Shown: positions 30,391 to 45,423, numbered from the stretch's first letter. The stretch is DNA of 64,000 nt from Eledone cirrhosa (GCA_964016885.1 OZ024755.1:28334001-28398000), one strand, 5' to 3'. Made by a program: numbers and translations. Notes: generated from the sequence alone by a model not told the origin.

Positions 30391-30604
30391 TAGTATTAAT
30401 TATACTATTTATGGTTATGTAAATACAAAAACCTTTTGCAGTTATATATATTTTTATACAAACCCTAAATAGTGGCAGGCAGTAATATATTACTACCTTA
30501 TTACCAGTAAGTTAAGTAGCTCAATGTAAAAACATCAGTTGTTCTACAGAGCAGTTATATGAATTATAAAATGTTTTGAACAGTTCTTTGATTCTTATAA
30601 TTCA
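30391..30604 (-). mobile_element. Family B copy
   Basis: Reverse complement of 5695-5915; (TA)n both sides. Confidence 0.8.
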
Positions 30605-30917
30605 TATATATATATATATACACATGTTGTTCATTTGAAGGTATTTTTGTAAAACACAGGATTAAGCAGGAGAAAGCCTTCTACATTCCAAGGGTGTAGT
30701 TACGATAGAGATTCAGTATAAGAACAACATTAAGAAAAATGGTGATTTTGCATCAATCGTTTATTTGTAATAATTATTTCAACGGTTCCCTTATACAATC
30801 TATGATGTAACTTAACAATTTGCTGTTGTTATGGGAACGGTATTTTGAGATGAAAATCCGATATAGTATTGTTTACTTATGTTCATACACCTAACACACG
30901 CACGCACGCACACACAT

Positions 30918-30984
<67 letters not shown>

Positions 30985-33900
30985 TATATATACATATATA
31001 TATGATGTTTGTGTGTGCACGTTTAGAATAAAATGACAAGACTCTATAAAAAATGTATTTGATATTTATGCTCAAGTCAAAATAAGAGATTATCTTCCGT
31101 TGAGAAAGAATACTAAAGCATCGCTATTTCAATAATACGAATCCGTGCAGTGTGAGAGATCGCACTTCCGCGTGCAGCACACCAGACCCAAGCCGCGTCC
31201 TGATCATAGCTGACAGAATAATTAAAGTTATTCCCTGGAGCGTAATGACGACTACAGATTGAAATATAATAATTCCATCTTAAGCTGCTCTCTCCTGTGA
31301 TTGCTAAATATGCTACGATATGTATGGGCAAGTAGGTGGTAAGTGGATCAAGAACCCCAGCTGGTCCCACTGCCAGAAGAGCAACGTGAAAGCAAAGCAT
31401 TTGCAATTGATTGATGTGATAAAGGAACCCGTGAGAGAAGCGCTATTGCTAATGTTGGTGATTATCGTTCCCAACCTCGAAACCTCTAACAACTCTTTTG
31501 TGAAAAAGCCCTAATTATGATTGGTTTATACTTGTTGGGCGGGCGTCTTATTGAATTTAACTAGGGTGGCAGAGCAGTTTAGATTACCGTTGTAAGATTT
31601 CCCTATGTTATGGGATTTCATAAGGCTGTTACGATTAAATGCTATTTAGAATATATTACATATCATTAAACGTATTCCTTCTGTCTCCTGCTTTATATAA
31701 CCCACACTTTCTGAAAATATACCCAACGCTTGAAATTTAGCTGATGTGTTTAATTGTAATATCCAAGGTTATTTGTTTGGCTGCATTCCTTCTATAATAT
31801 TGATTAAAAAGATTGAAATTGCCGGCACTGCTCTAGTGTGTCTTAAATAGCTATATCCACTGATTAAAAACTATCATATCTTAGTTATTTCTGTTCTTTC
31901 CATCACTACAAGTGCTGGCAAATTCGACAGTTACAAGCGGTTCCAATTACCGAGAGAAGTGTACAATGAGGATTAAATCTTTATGTGTTTATTAATGTTA
32001 AGGTTAATAATTTGTTGGACATATGAGAAAGAAAAACAAGATTTTCTATCGTGAATGTTATAATTTTGTTTGATATATGTATTTGGCAGAGATGCTTGAA
32101 GAGAAATAGATAGCCAATATAGAAATAAAACAGACAAATATATATATTATCACTTCAGGTGAACTCACTATTAAGAGTACAAAGCATATAGATACTCACA
32201 AATGCACACATTCGTAAATTCCTTCACATATACCAACGTATATACAATCACACACTGAGACAACTACATATATGAACTGACTGTCTCTCTCTCTCTCTAT
32301 ATATATATATACATACATACGTACATACACACACACACCACTTATACATATATGAAGATGTATGTACATGAGTCAGAGATAGATTAGGAAAAATAAAGTA
32401 GATGAGGGGAAAATCTGACTGCATTCAAATGCAGAAACTAAAATGACTAATAGTTGATTGATTTATGACGTAGGAAGAAATAGGTTCAACATGGAACAAT
32501 GTACATCTCATTTTAGCCATCTATTAAACTCTCTCTCTCTCTCCGTATCGATCTTCAATCGTTATGTTGTTTGACATTACGAGGAATATATCCTTCGTCT
32601 ATTTGTATTGTAGAATTTGTTGTTTCTTTTTGTATAGCCACGTGTAGCTTCTGATTGCTTCTGGAACAATAATAAACGCCCATGAAATATATCACGTACG
32701 TTTCACGATTTGGATAGTATATCCAGCAAATCAAGCGACTATATAGAACTGTTAAGTTTCCCATGCTGGTGCAGGAGTAAATGGAAGTGATGTGATCAAT
32801 ACATCATGAAAGCAATCATGTTAGAGTCAGAATTGCTAAACATTAAGTATCATATGTAAATAAAGCTTCATAAGATAGCCAATTTCTTTTTTTCCATATT
32901 CTGAATTACCTTATTTATAGGTTGTTCTCATTCAAATATTATTTATTTGAAGCTTTAATTAGTTCGGAGAATCGATATAAATTTCTATATTTGTAAACGA
33001 AGCTTTTCAAAAGCTATTTTGATTTAGAACCTCTGAGGTAAATAAACACTATAATATGCTTCTTAGACTGTCGCTAGAAATTGTAGAAAAAACAAAACAA
33101 AAACAAATAACCGGCAAACTAATAAGAATGGGGTAAAGAGAAAAAGATAAAGTAGAAAGAAATCAAAATGTAAAACTGCTCTGCAGCTTGCTATCGGAAA
33201 GTTTTGATTAGACGACAACAAAGCAACATTACTTTGATGACATGAAAACATAATGTAGACATGGGTAGCAAGTAAAAGAGTACAGACTGATTATCGTTGG
33301 TTTTGGTAACATTAACAGTCAGGCTTCAATGATGAAAGCAATCCGATATCATTATAAATAAAATGACGGAAATGACTTCAGCGACAAGATGGTGGCAATG
33401 ATTGATGAAACGTTCAGGTCTGTGAAACTCAGGAAGGAAAGGAAAGATGTTATGGAAGTGAAGAAGGATGTTATCCAAAAGAAAGAATTAAAGAAACGTT
33501 GCTTTGAAAAATAGCTATGAAAAGGAAAAAAAAAAGATTATAAGTGATAGGTACTATGGAGCAAAGGGAGATGAAAGATGGACGAAATAAAGAGAAACTA
33601 AGAAATAAGACACGCGATAAACGAAGTAAGAAACAAAGTTAGTAGATATTGAAGAAGATAAGACATAAGAAAAGGCGCGGAAATTAAAATGTGAAACTAA
33701 ACAAATTAATAGAAATTACGAATAAAAAAGAATTAGATTAAATGAAATACGAAGATAATTTAATGAAAGGCAAACACAATCGAATTAGAAATTAATAAGA
33801 TAAATACAAGATTTGGATTACTTAAAGAACATCCATTCTAAACAATTTCGCTCATTAAGATTTGAAGTCTTCTCAACCCTTCTTAACTTTACAGAGTTTT

Positions 33901-35719
33901 GTTAAACCGGTCTTTTTGTAACGTGATGGGTAAAACAGCTTATATAATGAAGCTGATATCTCCAATAAACTAATCGTTTATGACCCTGTAAATAGATAAA
34001 GGAGCAGTCTAACAAAATCTAGATTCAGGGGTCGTAGGTAATTTGAATATTGTAAAATATGTTGTTTAATCAATTTGTTTTTAGCAGCAGAAATTTATTA
34101 TACATATGAAGAGAGAACAGTGATATTTCATCGGTGACTATACAGCTTTTTATTAAAACCTAATTCTTATTCTACTTGCCGTGTCCACAACAGTGTCAGC
34201 TACAAAGCTTGGCTAGATAGGAGCGTCCACGCTACGGTCCTGGGAGTATCGGTAAGATCGAATAGATCGACAAGATATTGCTGATCCTATCACCACCACG
34301 AGCAACAGTTATAAGCTACAAAACAGCCGAAAGCGACGCTGAAAGCTACAAGCCAAAACACATAATGTACATAGCAGTATATTTTAAAAATGAATTGTTC
34401 TGGCATTAAGACAGAGGTTTGTGGGTTCATCCTAAAACTGAAATTGCAATTATATTTGTTGTCTTTCAACAATCGTAATATAAGCTAGACAGACAATTCA
34501 TGGAGGGGAAAATTAGTAAAGTATTGTGTGGTTCTACAATAGTAGTCGTGAAAATACTTTAGCATCCGAGTTGATATGTATGGGCATAAACACACGCCCT
34601 CAAACACACTCACATATACACATACACGCACGTACACACAGAAGCACTCACACAAACACACTCATACTCAAACACGAACTGATGATGTTTTTTGGAAGGG
34701 TGGTGTGTTGCTTTTGCAACTAAAATTAATGTTTCCCTGGAGCCCTCTTTTAATCCTCAGGCGCTTATCAAAACCAGTCCCATGAAATTCGTCCATGCTA
34801 GCCACCCACTTCCACATTTTAATTAAAAAAATTGCTGAAAGGTAGCACTTTAAACTCCAAGTTCAATTTCTACTGTCGATATAGTCCCCCATGTTCAGGT
34901 TCTCTCTCAACAGCGTCTCCCTACTCGGCTTACAGATATGGGGATTCTCCAGTTCTGCTGCCAGTTCACCTACCAAGTTGTCACTGGAAAGGTCTGGTAT
35001 TCAAGAATAAAGCTGGTAGGTCAGATCTAAACCAAGGTATTTAAGTGGCTATCATCTGCTTTGAATACATTTTCTAGGAATGATCTAGACGCAAGCTGAA
35101 AATTACGATGGCTTTCATAAAAGCCCCTTCTAGCTCTCTCTCCAAACTAATTTTTTTATTGCTATCCCTTACAAATTTTCTCTGATTCTAATCGTATAAA
35201 TCTTTTTAGGGGGAATCCCCTTATCCGAAATTATGCAGTTGTTCTCTTCCTAATCACGGACAATTTGGAGATGTCTGTATTTCGTAGTTCCCGAATATAT
35301 GTGGCACAGGAATACAGGAATGTTAGTTGAACAGTTGGACACCACACCTATATTTTTGACCTGCAGTGGTTCACCAGGTGGCCTTGTTTCCGTGAGAAGC
35401 CCACACTATGATGTCTATTCCAGGCTGAATAAGGAGGAAGGAAATGTGAAGGATCACGATTATAATATTGCAAAAGAGAATGATTATAATCGAACTACGT
35501 AACATATATCAGCCCATGCTATATAGATATTCAATGTAGTGCATACATTGAATAAATAATAGCTGCTTGGAAACTTAGTACAACTTCATTTCTGAAACTT
35601 GAATGGTCCAGCTAAAATACAACTGAAGCGAATAAATCGGATCTGTGCAAATGACAACAATGTCCACTGATATTTATAAACACCTCCAGCCTTGAAAAAA
35701 TCTCGAAACTAATATCAGA

Positions 35720-35935
35720 ATATTGGTTTCTGATTTAGGGATGAGGGCAACAATTTTGGGGGAGAGGGAAGTCTATTGAATTGGCTCCAGTACATTACTG
35801 GTTCTTTATTTCATCCCGTAAGGATAAAAGCAAAGCTAACCTCGGCAGGTGTTGCACTCAGATCTTAAAGGCGCGTAATCCTATGCTATAAACATGTTAT
35901 CCGGTGCTCTACCCATACAGACAATGAACCACCCT
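35720..35935 (-). mobile_element. Diverged older copy of dominant SINE (long variant)
   Basis: Alignable by eye to 3113-3331. Confidence 0.7.
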
Positions 35936-36887
35936 CACTAATATAATATAGCAACTACGAATACAGAGACATTTCTGTTGAAGCAAAAGAATACGTATTT
36001 TCAGAGTTACTACAAAATTACTTTAGTTCATGAATGCTAATCTCTTAATCGATTTTAGCTAATGAAACACGAGCGTTTAATCTCTTTTTAGTGTTGATAA
36101 TATGTAATCCTTAAGTCAAGGTTAAGTAAGAAGCTAAAAATAGCTAAGCAACTGTGGAAATGAAAGTATGTAATAAATAGTCTGACTGACGAATCATCCG
36201 TATGCAATATACCAACACAGACACTCACATACAATCAGAAACAGGAAACATTTCGATGTATGCATTAAAGAGTATGCATGCTATATATATATATATATAT
36301 ATATAGCATACACACACATATACATATATATGTGTGTGTGTATAGTGGGAGTAAAGAGACGCGGCCATATATCTGTGCTTAAGAGGTTCACCTCTCAATC
36401 AGTCGGTTCAGTCGGTTCGATTCATATGCGTGGTATATCGGTCAAGTGGTTTTAATGAATGAAATTTGATGTGGTAAACTTGTGTAAGATGATGCTTAGA
36501 ATATATATCTGTAATTGACATGTCTTGTTACAATGTTTCAGGCTGACTCTGTCTGACGATCTAGTTAAATGCTTACGCTTCTGTTAAACACTCAGCGGTT
36601 TACAATGTAGGTTTTCGGGTGATCCAACAACTGAAATATTATCGTCGTGAAAAATATGGGAAATCCATTTAACTTAAGAAGTGATGCACCAGACATTTAT
36701 AAACGAAATATAAAAGGTGTAAAATGGAGAGAAAGTGGCTTCACCAGGTACTGAGATGTATCAAGATATCATCATTGAAATCGTACCTTACAAACTTAAT
36801 CGAGAAAGCGGATAGCGTTATAGACATGCACACAATAAACGTTAAATTCTTACTGTTGGGCTCTAAATCTTCGTACGTGAGACAGCA

Positions 36888-37489
36888 ATAGAAGATAATT
36901 GTTTCTACTTTAGGCACAAGGCCAGCAATTACCCAGTGCATTACTGGTACTTTATTTTATCGACCAGGTAAGGATGAAAGGCAAAGTTAACCTCGGCGGG
37001 ATTTGAACTCAGACTGTAAAGGGACGTAACTATGCTAGGAAGCATGGCGTCCAACCCTCTACCGATACTGCCAATTCACCGCCCTTATAGAAGATAGTTG
37101 TTTCTACGTTTGGCACAAGGCCAGCAATTATCCAGTGCATTACTGGTACTTTATTTTATCGACCCCGTAAGGATGAAAGGCAAAGTCAACCTCGGCGGGA
37201 TTTGAACTCAGATCGTAAAGGGACGTAACTATGCTGGAAAGCATGGCGTCCGACCCTCTACCGATACTGCCAATCCTCCTCCCTCCTAATTGTTTCTACT
37301 TTAGGCACAAGGCCAGCAATTACCCAGTGCATTACTGGTACTTTATTTTATCGACCCCGTAAGGATGAAAGGCAAAGTTAACCTCGGCGGAATTTGAACT
37401 CAAACCGTAAAGGGACGTAACTATGCTAGAAAGCATGGCGTCCAACCCTCTACCGATACTGCCAATTCACCGCCCGTATAGAAGATAAT
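36888..37489 (-). mobile_element. Three tandem full-length dominant SINEs
   Basis: atagaagata(at) at 36888, 37087 and 37478. Confidence 0.95.
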
Positions 37490-38078
37490 GTAATACATTT
37501 GGCTCTCAATCTGCCCACAGGGAAACAGCAAAGGCCAAAATATAATGACACTGACGTATCAACTCCAACATGGGACCTCACCCAACCAATAGAGGGTGCG
37601 AACTACAAATACTTTACAGGGTATTTTTTTACTCAAGCAAAAATATGAAGTTCGTGTGAGATGTTAGGTGTACGTTTCCAAAATACATAAAACTTCTTAC
37701 TTGAATCTGTCAAAATACACACATACATGCATACATATACATATATATATATATATATATTTATGTGTGTATGTATGTGTATATGTATGTATGCATGTAT
37801 GTATGTATATATGTATGTATGCATGTATGTATATGAATGTATGTGTATATGTATGTATGTATATATGTATGTATGTATGTGTAAATGTATGTATGTATAT
37901 GTATATATGCATGTATGTATATGTATGTATGTGTATGTATGTATATATACTACATGTGTGTGTATATGAAAGGTTTATGTGTGTGTATAAATAGATACAT
38001 ATAAAGAATAATCGACAGACATACATAAAATATGAATTAGTCTTACAACGTTATTTAATTCTATAACACACACACACG

Positions 38079-38183
<105 letters not shown>

Positions 38184-38250
38184 GTATATGTAATTGCTTC
38201 TATCTTAATATATGAAGCTAATCTCTTTAAATAATAAATATCTGTTTAGC

Positions 38251-38708
38251 CTATGATAATGTTGCTTGGGAGACCGGCATATATCTCTCAAAGGCAGATG
38301 TCGTCAGCTTATATTGAAGCAGGCGAGTGTAAGTACCATCAAGTTGCCTTTGTTGTATGGGTGAAAGCGTCCATCTTTCAATTCCATTTAACAAGATTGG
38401 TTGAATTGTTGCTTGGAAGAGTCTGATCTTGGTGTGGTTGTACGTAAAAGGAGAGTAAGATTTGCTGGCCACTGCCATCGTGCCACCTACGAGGCTGTGT
38501 CCCCTTTAGTGCTTTGGAAACAACAAGCAGTCACTAATAACAGGGAGCCCAAACTCGCTCTCCTACCGCGAAGCCATCTCCATAGATTCTGGTATTGAAA
38601 TCCAGGATTTGGCAACGGCTATTAACGAAAGACACAGTGGAGATCAATTGTCGAGTCGATTTCGGCTGAGGTCGCCGGATGATGATAATTATGATGACGA
38701 TGATGATC
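38251..38708. mobile_element. RTE-clade LINE 3' end with 5' inversion
   Basis: Minus 38251-38433 KIRLFQATIQPILL.G.E.WTL...QLDGTYTRLL; plus from 38434 VRKRRVRFAGHCHRA..LVLW; (GAT)n tail. Confidence 0.85.
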
Positions 38709-38889
38709 TTGAGATTAATGTAACAGCATACAATTCAAACACTAAATGCACACGCACATGCACCCAATTACACACACACTCACGTGTGTGTGTGCGACTG
38801 CTTAAAATACCCTCCCCGGCGGATACTTAGAGATATTTTCATGTGTTCTGTCAAGAAAGAAGTGTCAAACAAGTAAGCATATATTTGAT

Positions 38890-38928
<39 letters not shown>

Positions 38929-38980
38929 ATATATGTATATATATGTATGTGTGTATATATATATATGTATATATATATAA

Positions 38981-39011
<31 letters not shown>

Positions 39012-39028
39012 AATATATATATATATGT

Positions 39029-39065
<37 letters not shown>

Positions 39066-39109
39066 ATATATTTAGAAACACGCAGATACATGTGGACACA
39101 CACATATAC

Positions 39110-39460
39110 ATGAATGCATCCACACCCAACCGTGAGTTAATGGTGCCAACCTTACCGATGTTGCTCAATGAATGACTGGGACAGACCAATCCGGTTGAAC
39201 TAGACTGAACCAGTATCAGAGTTAAAAATACATTATGAAGAGAGAAGAAACATTTAGATATAATTAGTAATAAAATGTATCATACCTAAACTGTTCCTAG
39301 ATTCCTCGACTACCTAGTTTCGTGGCATAAACAAAAACAATACATCATAAAGATATAGAGTCCTTGCGAGGTCTGCCGACTTATCAAGAGGATACCTCAT
39401 TTTACTAGCTTCAAGAACGCGTCTACATAATTATATCTAAATGTTTCTTCTCTCTTCATA

Positions 39461-39466
<6 letters not shown>
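39110..39466 (-). mobile_element. Family E element with hammerhead and 39-bp inverted duplication
   Basis: 39229-39267 is the reverse complement of 39428-39466; hammerhead 39303-39392; bulged hairpin 39163-39222. Confidence 0.75.
39303..39392 (-). ncRNA. Type I hammerhead with U3-A8 core
   Basis: UCCUC-UUGAUAA-GUCGGCA...UGCCAC-GAAA-CUAGGUAG-UC-GAGGA; GUC triplet, 5-bp stem I. Confidence 0.75.
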
Positions 39467-39524
<58 letters not shown>

Positions 39525-39880
39525 CATAGAATTTGTTAAATATAGATCTATATATAAATTTTGAGTATGTGCTGGTTGTTTACCGACACCTCAGTATGCA
39601 GATTGGAAGACTTGACGAAGTACGCAGGTTAGTTTGTTTACTTCGGAGTATTAATTAAGTCAAATATGTAAAATTTGGCTTCGTTTATTATAAATTATAG
39701 ATATACTGCTATATTATATATTTCGGTCAAAGCCATCAATAGCCGTGACCTCTTCAGGCAGTCCGAATTGGTGTGGGAAAGACAGGTACACATGTTGTTG
39801 AAGTGTGTTTTACTCCGTCAATACATCGATATGTGCAGCTCCTGTCCTGGTTGTGTTGTTATTCCTCTGAGGAATAACAT

Positions 39881-39927
<47 letters not shown>

Positions 39928-39953
39928 GATAAATCTACCAAGAGTTTACGGTA

Positions 39954-40271
<318 letters not shown>

Positions 40272-41378
40272 TATATATATATATACTGTACGTCTGTATG
40301 TATGTACTATATTGTATGTGTGTGGGGGTATATTTATGTGTGCATGTTTCTACGCATGCAAGTTGCATGTATGTATATATGACTTTATTTTGCCTATTAC
40401 AATCACACCATTTACTTACTGTCGATATATACAACCGATATTACTGCTGCTTTAATTGTCGGACTCAGCTCTTTCCTATGCGAATTATCTGAAAACAGAT
40501 AAGGTTTCTGGTCAACTGCTACTATATTGATTATGATACCATCTCGTTACTAAGGACTGATTGATTAATTTCCACCTACAATCTATTCTCAGATCGATGA
40601 GCAATCTCGAGGGACGTTATTCAGTAGATTCTGTATTAATACATTAATATTTCTCTCACGATTTCGTCATTTTACTCTCTCAGTAAATTTCCGCCTCTAT
40701 CTGACCTCCTTTGTTGTATTCTAGATCTACAAACGTCTACATATTTCTTTTCATTCAATTTTTTCGTTCCTATCTCGTTCTCTCCCTCTCTCTCACTCTC
40801 TCTCTCTCTCCCTCACCCTCACTCTCTTTCTCACTCTCTCTCCCTCACCCTCACTCTCTTTCTCACGCTCTCTCTTTCTCTCTCTCTCTCACTCACTCAC
40901 TCACTCACTCACTCACTCCCTATCTCTCTCTCTATCTCTCTCTCTCACACACACTCTCTCGCTCTCTCTCACACACACACTCAAACACGCACACACACAC
41001 ACGCACACACACACATACAGGTGTACGGATATAAGCATGGGTGAGTGGTTCTGAATTACGCTACGTAGTCATGTTAACATGGCTTCGATTGACCTGGGAG
41101 ACTTCTTCAGTAAATGTCTTTTAACGTAATAGTAAGCTGACCAGAGATTTGTGAATAAGACTGGTTAGTATGAAGCTGTTTCCCATGATGGATGGTACCA
41201 GTAATACGATGTGTGGAACGTGTTTCTTTTATATTAATGACACAAGAATTTGTATAATACTCATCTAATAACGAAGTAATTAAACGAGTATATAGTTCAG
41301 CTGATAGACCAAGTGAAATATATATATATAATGAAATGACAGGAGGCTGGATTTGTGTAAATCCTTGAAAGGTTTATT

Positions 41379-41436
41379 ATACTATGATCATTTCAATGAC
41401 CGGGTTCCGTATGAATCCGGTGATATCATCAGGTAT
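41379..41436 (-). ncRNA. Type I hammerhead within a (TA)n-flanked element (41328-41544)
   Basis: AUAC-CUGAUGA-UAUCACCGG...CCGGUCAUU-GAAA-UGAUCA-UA-GUAU; palindromic loop III; two stem II mismatches. Confidence 0.78.
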
Positions 41437-41539
41437 TCGAAATATAATACGTGAATGTAATAGATAAAATCCATGGGGCTGAAAATCGAGGGCCCGAGGG
41501 CGACCGCTATTCTGTTCCTTCAACCTCAGCCGGTCGCCC

Positions 41540-41590
<51 letters not shown>

Positions 41591-41594
41591 TTAG

Positions 41595-41625
<31 letters not shown>

Positions 41626-42492
41626 TGTATGTATGTATGTATGTATGTATGTATGTACGTATGTATGTATGTATGTATGTATGTATGTATAGAGAGATAG
41701 ATATACATACATACATATATATATATAGAGAGAGAGATATATATATAGAGAGAGAGAGAAGTGAGGGGTACTTCGTGTACATGCATATCTGGGTTTATTC
41801 ATGAACTAAATAAGAATCCATGCGTTTACATATTAATACTTATACTATGTGACCTGCTAAAGTCATTAATATTTACATGTTTCGAATATTTCAGCGAATA
41901 TACTTTTAAATATATTTTAATCAAACCTTTTCTATATTTTAATAGTGTATATTGTAAGGAAAATATATTGATTTTATATGCATTGTATCAATGTAAATGT
42001 AATTAAGACACCAGTGAATAGTTGTTTGTATTTTAGAACAACTTCGTTGATGAGCTGAATACCTGTCAAGGAAAGTGAACAAACTGAACTGTAGTATCAA
42101 CATATACATGGCCTTTATGATATAGTGTTGAGAAGCCGTCTGATCATTAAAATGTGTTGTTGGAGGCTTTGTAAGCAATCAGGATCTAGTCTGATCTGTC
42201 TGTATGCAGTCTCGAATATACAGGTTGAGTGTATCATCACCTACTATTTTTCTGCTCTCATGTCGCTACAGGTTTTTACTAGAATTTTGACTTGTATTGT
42301 TAGAATCTATAGATTGGCATGTTTATGTTGGACCCCTAGTCTGATTTTCGTACCAAAATAGCGTAGTTAAATTACCAGCCAAATGGGCCTCACATCCTGT
42401 TTTATAGTTTTAAATATTCGAGTATTTAGACACACGTTGTCTGAAAATGATCTTGTTTTGTGAGAATATTAAAGACATATTAAAGACTGACG

Positions 42493-42611
42493 TATGCTAA
42501 ATAATTGTTTCTACCTTTGGCACAAGGCCAGCAATTATCCAGTGTATTACTGGTACTTTATTTTATCGACCCCGTAAGGATGAAAGGCAAAGTTAACCTA
42601 TGCTAAATAAT
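42493..42611 (-). mobile_element. 5'-truncated dominant SINE with 13-bp TSD
   Basis: tatgctaaataat at 42493 and 42599. Confidence 0.9.
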
Positions 42612-43289
42612 AACAACTACAATTACAACAGCAATCAAACTTGCGTTTTAGAGATATTTGTTGTATTTTTCTGGAAAAAAAAAAGAATCAAATCTTTGCT
42701 TCATTCCATGCATTCGTAATATTTCATATTGTTCATGATTTACGTCATGTCTTTCATGTAATAAACTAAACACATGTTATATGGCCAGCTGGATAACCAT
42801 GCTGTCAGACATCAATGCATTTATCCCATTCTTTGTCATAATTTAATCAAGCAGGACTTGTTAACTTTGGAATCTGTTCCAGAAATGTGTGAAGGTTTCT
42901 GACTTTTGTTAAGCTTGATATTCTTCATGTCAATGACTGAGCGTATATGTAAATACGCAGTGAGCAAAATGAAAAGGGATGTAAATAAATATCCGTATTT
43001 AACTTTGTCAAAAGACTATAAGGAAATCCTTGGGGAGGGACTTAGTTGACTCTTGCCCTTTAGTTGTATTTTTGTTGGCAGATCTCGTAGTAGTTATTGC
43101 CAATGCCGAACCTGGTTAGATTTGTACTTTAAGAACAGTACCTACAATGTTTCAAACATTTGTGTATGGCCCTCTACCAATTCAGCCTTACAACAGTCAC
43201 TTGCATATGCTTCTCTATTGCGTTGATATCCACGATCAGATATACCAAAAACTAATCTGATCTCTTCAGATTTAATGAGCCTAAAATGA

Positions 43290-44224
43290 GCCCTTACTTC
43301 ACTCGCTGCGAAGAAAAACTTAACAACCTCCCACCTTTACAACGATGGAGCTAAATGTAAGCGAGTCACTGCCCCCTGGAACAGATACAGACTATGCAGT
43401 GTGGAAATGCCTCAACCGATTAAGATGTGCTGTTAGTCGTGAAAAAGCCAATCTAGTAAAATGGGGATATTTAAAGGATGGGGACGTTGTGTGGAACTGC
43501 AGCGTCGAACAGCAGAAGATGCAGCACCTCCTGATATGCCCCCTGCTGCAACATTCATGCACAGCATTGGACATGGCAGAGTTTAATGAGAAAGAACATG
43601 CACCTCCTGATATGCCCCCTGCTGCAACATTCATGCACAGCATTGGACATGGCAAAGTTTAATGAGAAAGAACATGCAGCACCTCCCGATATGCCTCCTG
43701 CTGCAACATTCATGCACAGCATTGGACATGGCAGAGTTTAATGAGAAAGAACATGCAGCACCTCCCGATATGCCCCCTGCTGCAACATTCATGCACAGCA
43801 TTGGACATGGCAGAGTTTAATGAGAAAGAGCATGCACCTCCCGATATGCCTCCTGCTGCAACATCCATGCACAGCATTGGACATGGCAGAGTTTAATGAG
43901 AAAGAACATGCAGCACCTCCCGATATGCCTCCTGCTGCAACATCCATGCACAGCATTGGACATGGCAGAGTTTAATGAGAAAGAACATGCAGCACCTCCC
44001 GATATGCCTCCTGCTGCAACATCCATGCACAGCATTGGACATGGCAGAGTTTAATGAGAAAGAACATGCAGCACCTCCCGATATGCCTCCTGCTGCAACA
44101 TTCATGCACAGCATTGGACATGGCAGAGTTTAATGAGAAAGAACATCAATGTGTTTAGCTATGGCAGAACCACATCTAGCCAAACTTTATAGCCGAAACT
44201 TTTGTGGACACGATAGGAAGAAGA
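43290..44224 (+). mobile_element. RTEX-like LINE 3' end containing an internal tandem amplification
   Basis: LPPG...WKCLNRLR.....NLVKWG....C...Q.MQHLL.CP motif; ends ggacacgataggaagaag. Confidence 0.8.
43519..44144 (+). repeat. Eight-copy 76-80 bp minisatellite derived from LINE coding sequence
   Basis: Unit atgcagcacctcc(t/c)gatatgcc...gagtttaatgagaaagaac. Confidence 0.95.
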
Positions 44225-44317
44225 TTATAGTAATCAATTTCAGAACTTCTCCGATATGTTCTTTCGTTGATCGAAGCTAAAGTTGATCACGGTGAGATTT
44301 GAACACATAATATTAAG

Positions 44318-44714
44318 GCTGTTAACATAATTGTTTCTACTTTAGGCACAAGGCCAGCAATTCACCAGTGCATTACTGGTACTTTATTTTATCGACCCCC
44401 GTAAGGATGAAAGGCAAAGTCAACCTCGGCGGGATTTGAACTCAGATCGTAAAGGGACGTAACTATGCTGGAAAGCATGGCGTCCGACCCTCTACCGATA
44501 CTGCCAATCCACCGCTGTTAACATAATTGTTTCTACGTTAGGCACAAGGCCAGCAATTACCCAGTGCATTACTGGTACTTTATTTTATCGACCCCCGTAA
44601 GGATGAAAAGCAAAGTTAACCTCGGCGGGATTTGAACTCAAAATGGCAAGGGCCGTAACTCTATGCGTCAAAGCATGGCGTCCGACCCTCTCCCAATACT
44701 GCCAATCCACCGCC
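44318..44714 (-). mobile_element. Two tandem dominant SINEs
   Basis: gctgttaacataat precedes each unit. Confidence 0.92.
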
Positions 44715-44743
44715 TGATGATGATAATAGTGACGATGAAGATG

Positions 44744-44809
<66 letters not shown>

Positions 44810-45423
44810 CAGCATAGATTATGTTGACAAATCTAACGGATCGTGTATATGACAGAAATCGTTTATTTGACCGTTACTTGGTATATAACCATTGTGTCCA
44901 TAAATTACATACGTACTGCTTGCTTTTGAAGATACTGTTGATTTCCTTCATGTAGCCATTACATTTCCTGTTTTCTTGTTTGAGTAGATATTTTGTGAAC
45001 ACGTTAATGAATGCTTAAGGCGTGGCAATAAAATATGAGATAGTGTTCCTAAAACATTTGTCAGGGAAATAATAAATATTTTATAATCTACCAATTGATT
45101 GAAATATCGACTGTAACAGGGAGTATATATTATAACTCAACAATGTTGTCATGCATTGATCTTAAGGGAATCTCTGCGTCAATCACCTCTCTTACAGTAA
45201 ATCATCTTGTTGGTCTTACCTTTAATGATAATGTCATATTTATTAGCAAACACTATCCTTGCTTACATGTGATGTTTAGTTCTATATTCGTAAGGAACCT
45301 CTATCTGACACGCACACACATACATATATATATATATACACATGTATAAATATATATATATATATGTATATGTATAAATATATATATATATACATGTGTA
45401 TATATATACATATATATATATAC

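Noticed and set aside
31113-31514. GC-richer island with short ORFs
   Set aside because: No recognisable domain or splice pattern
32570-32605. AGACGA-AGGA..UCCU hairpin on minus
   Set aside because: No GAAA and no stem I
33360-33515. Lys/Glu-rich open stretch resembling an exon
   Set aside because: Purine-rich composition explains it; no homology recognised
34832-35502. LLPVHL..HW peptide (Ulp1-like) and neighbouring short ORF
   Set aside because: Motif too short to support a call
39610-39661. UUGACGA-AGUA..UACU with GAC/GUC flanks
   Set aside because: GAAA missing; better explained as a simple hairpin
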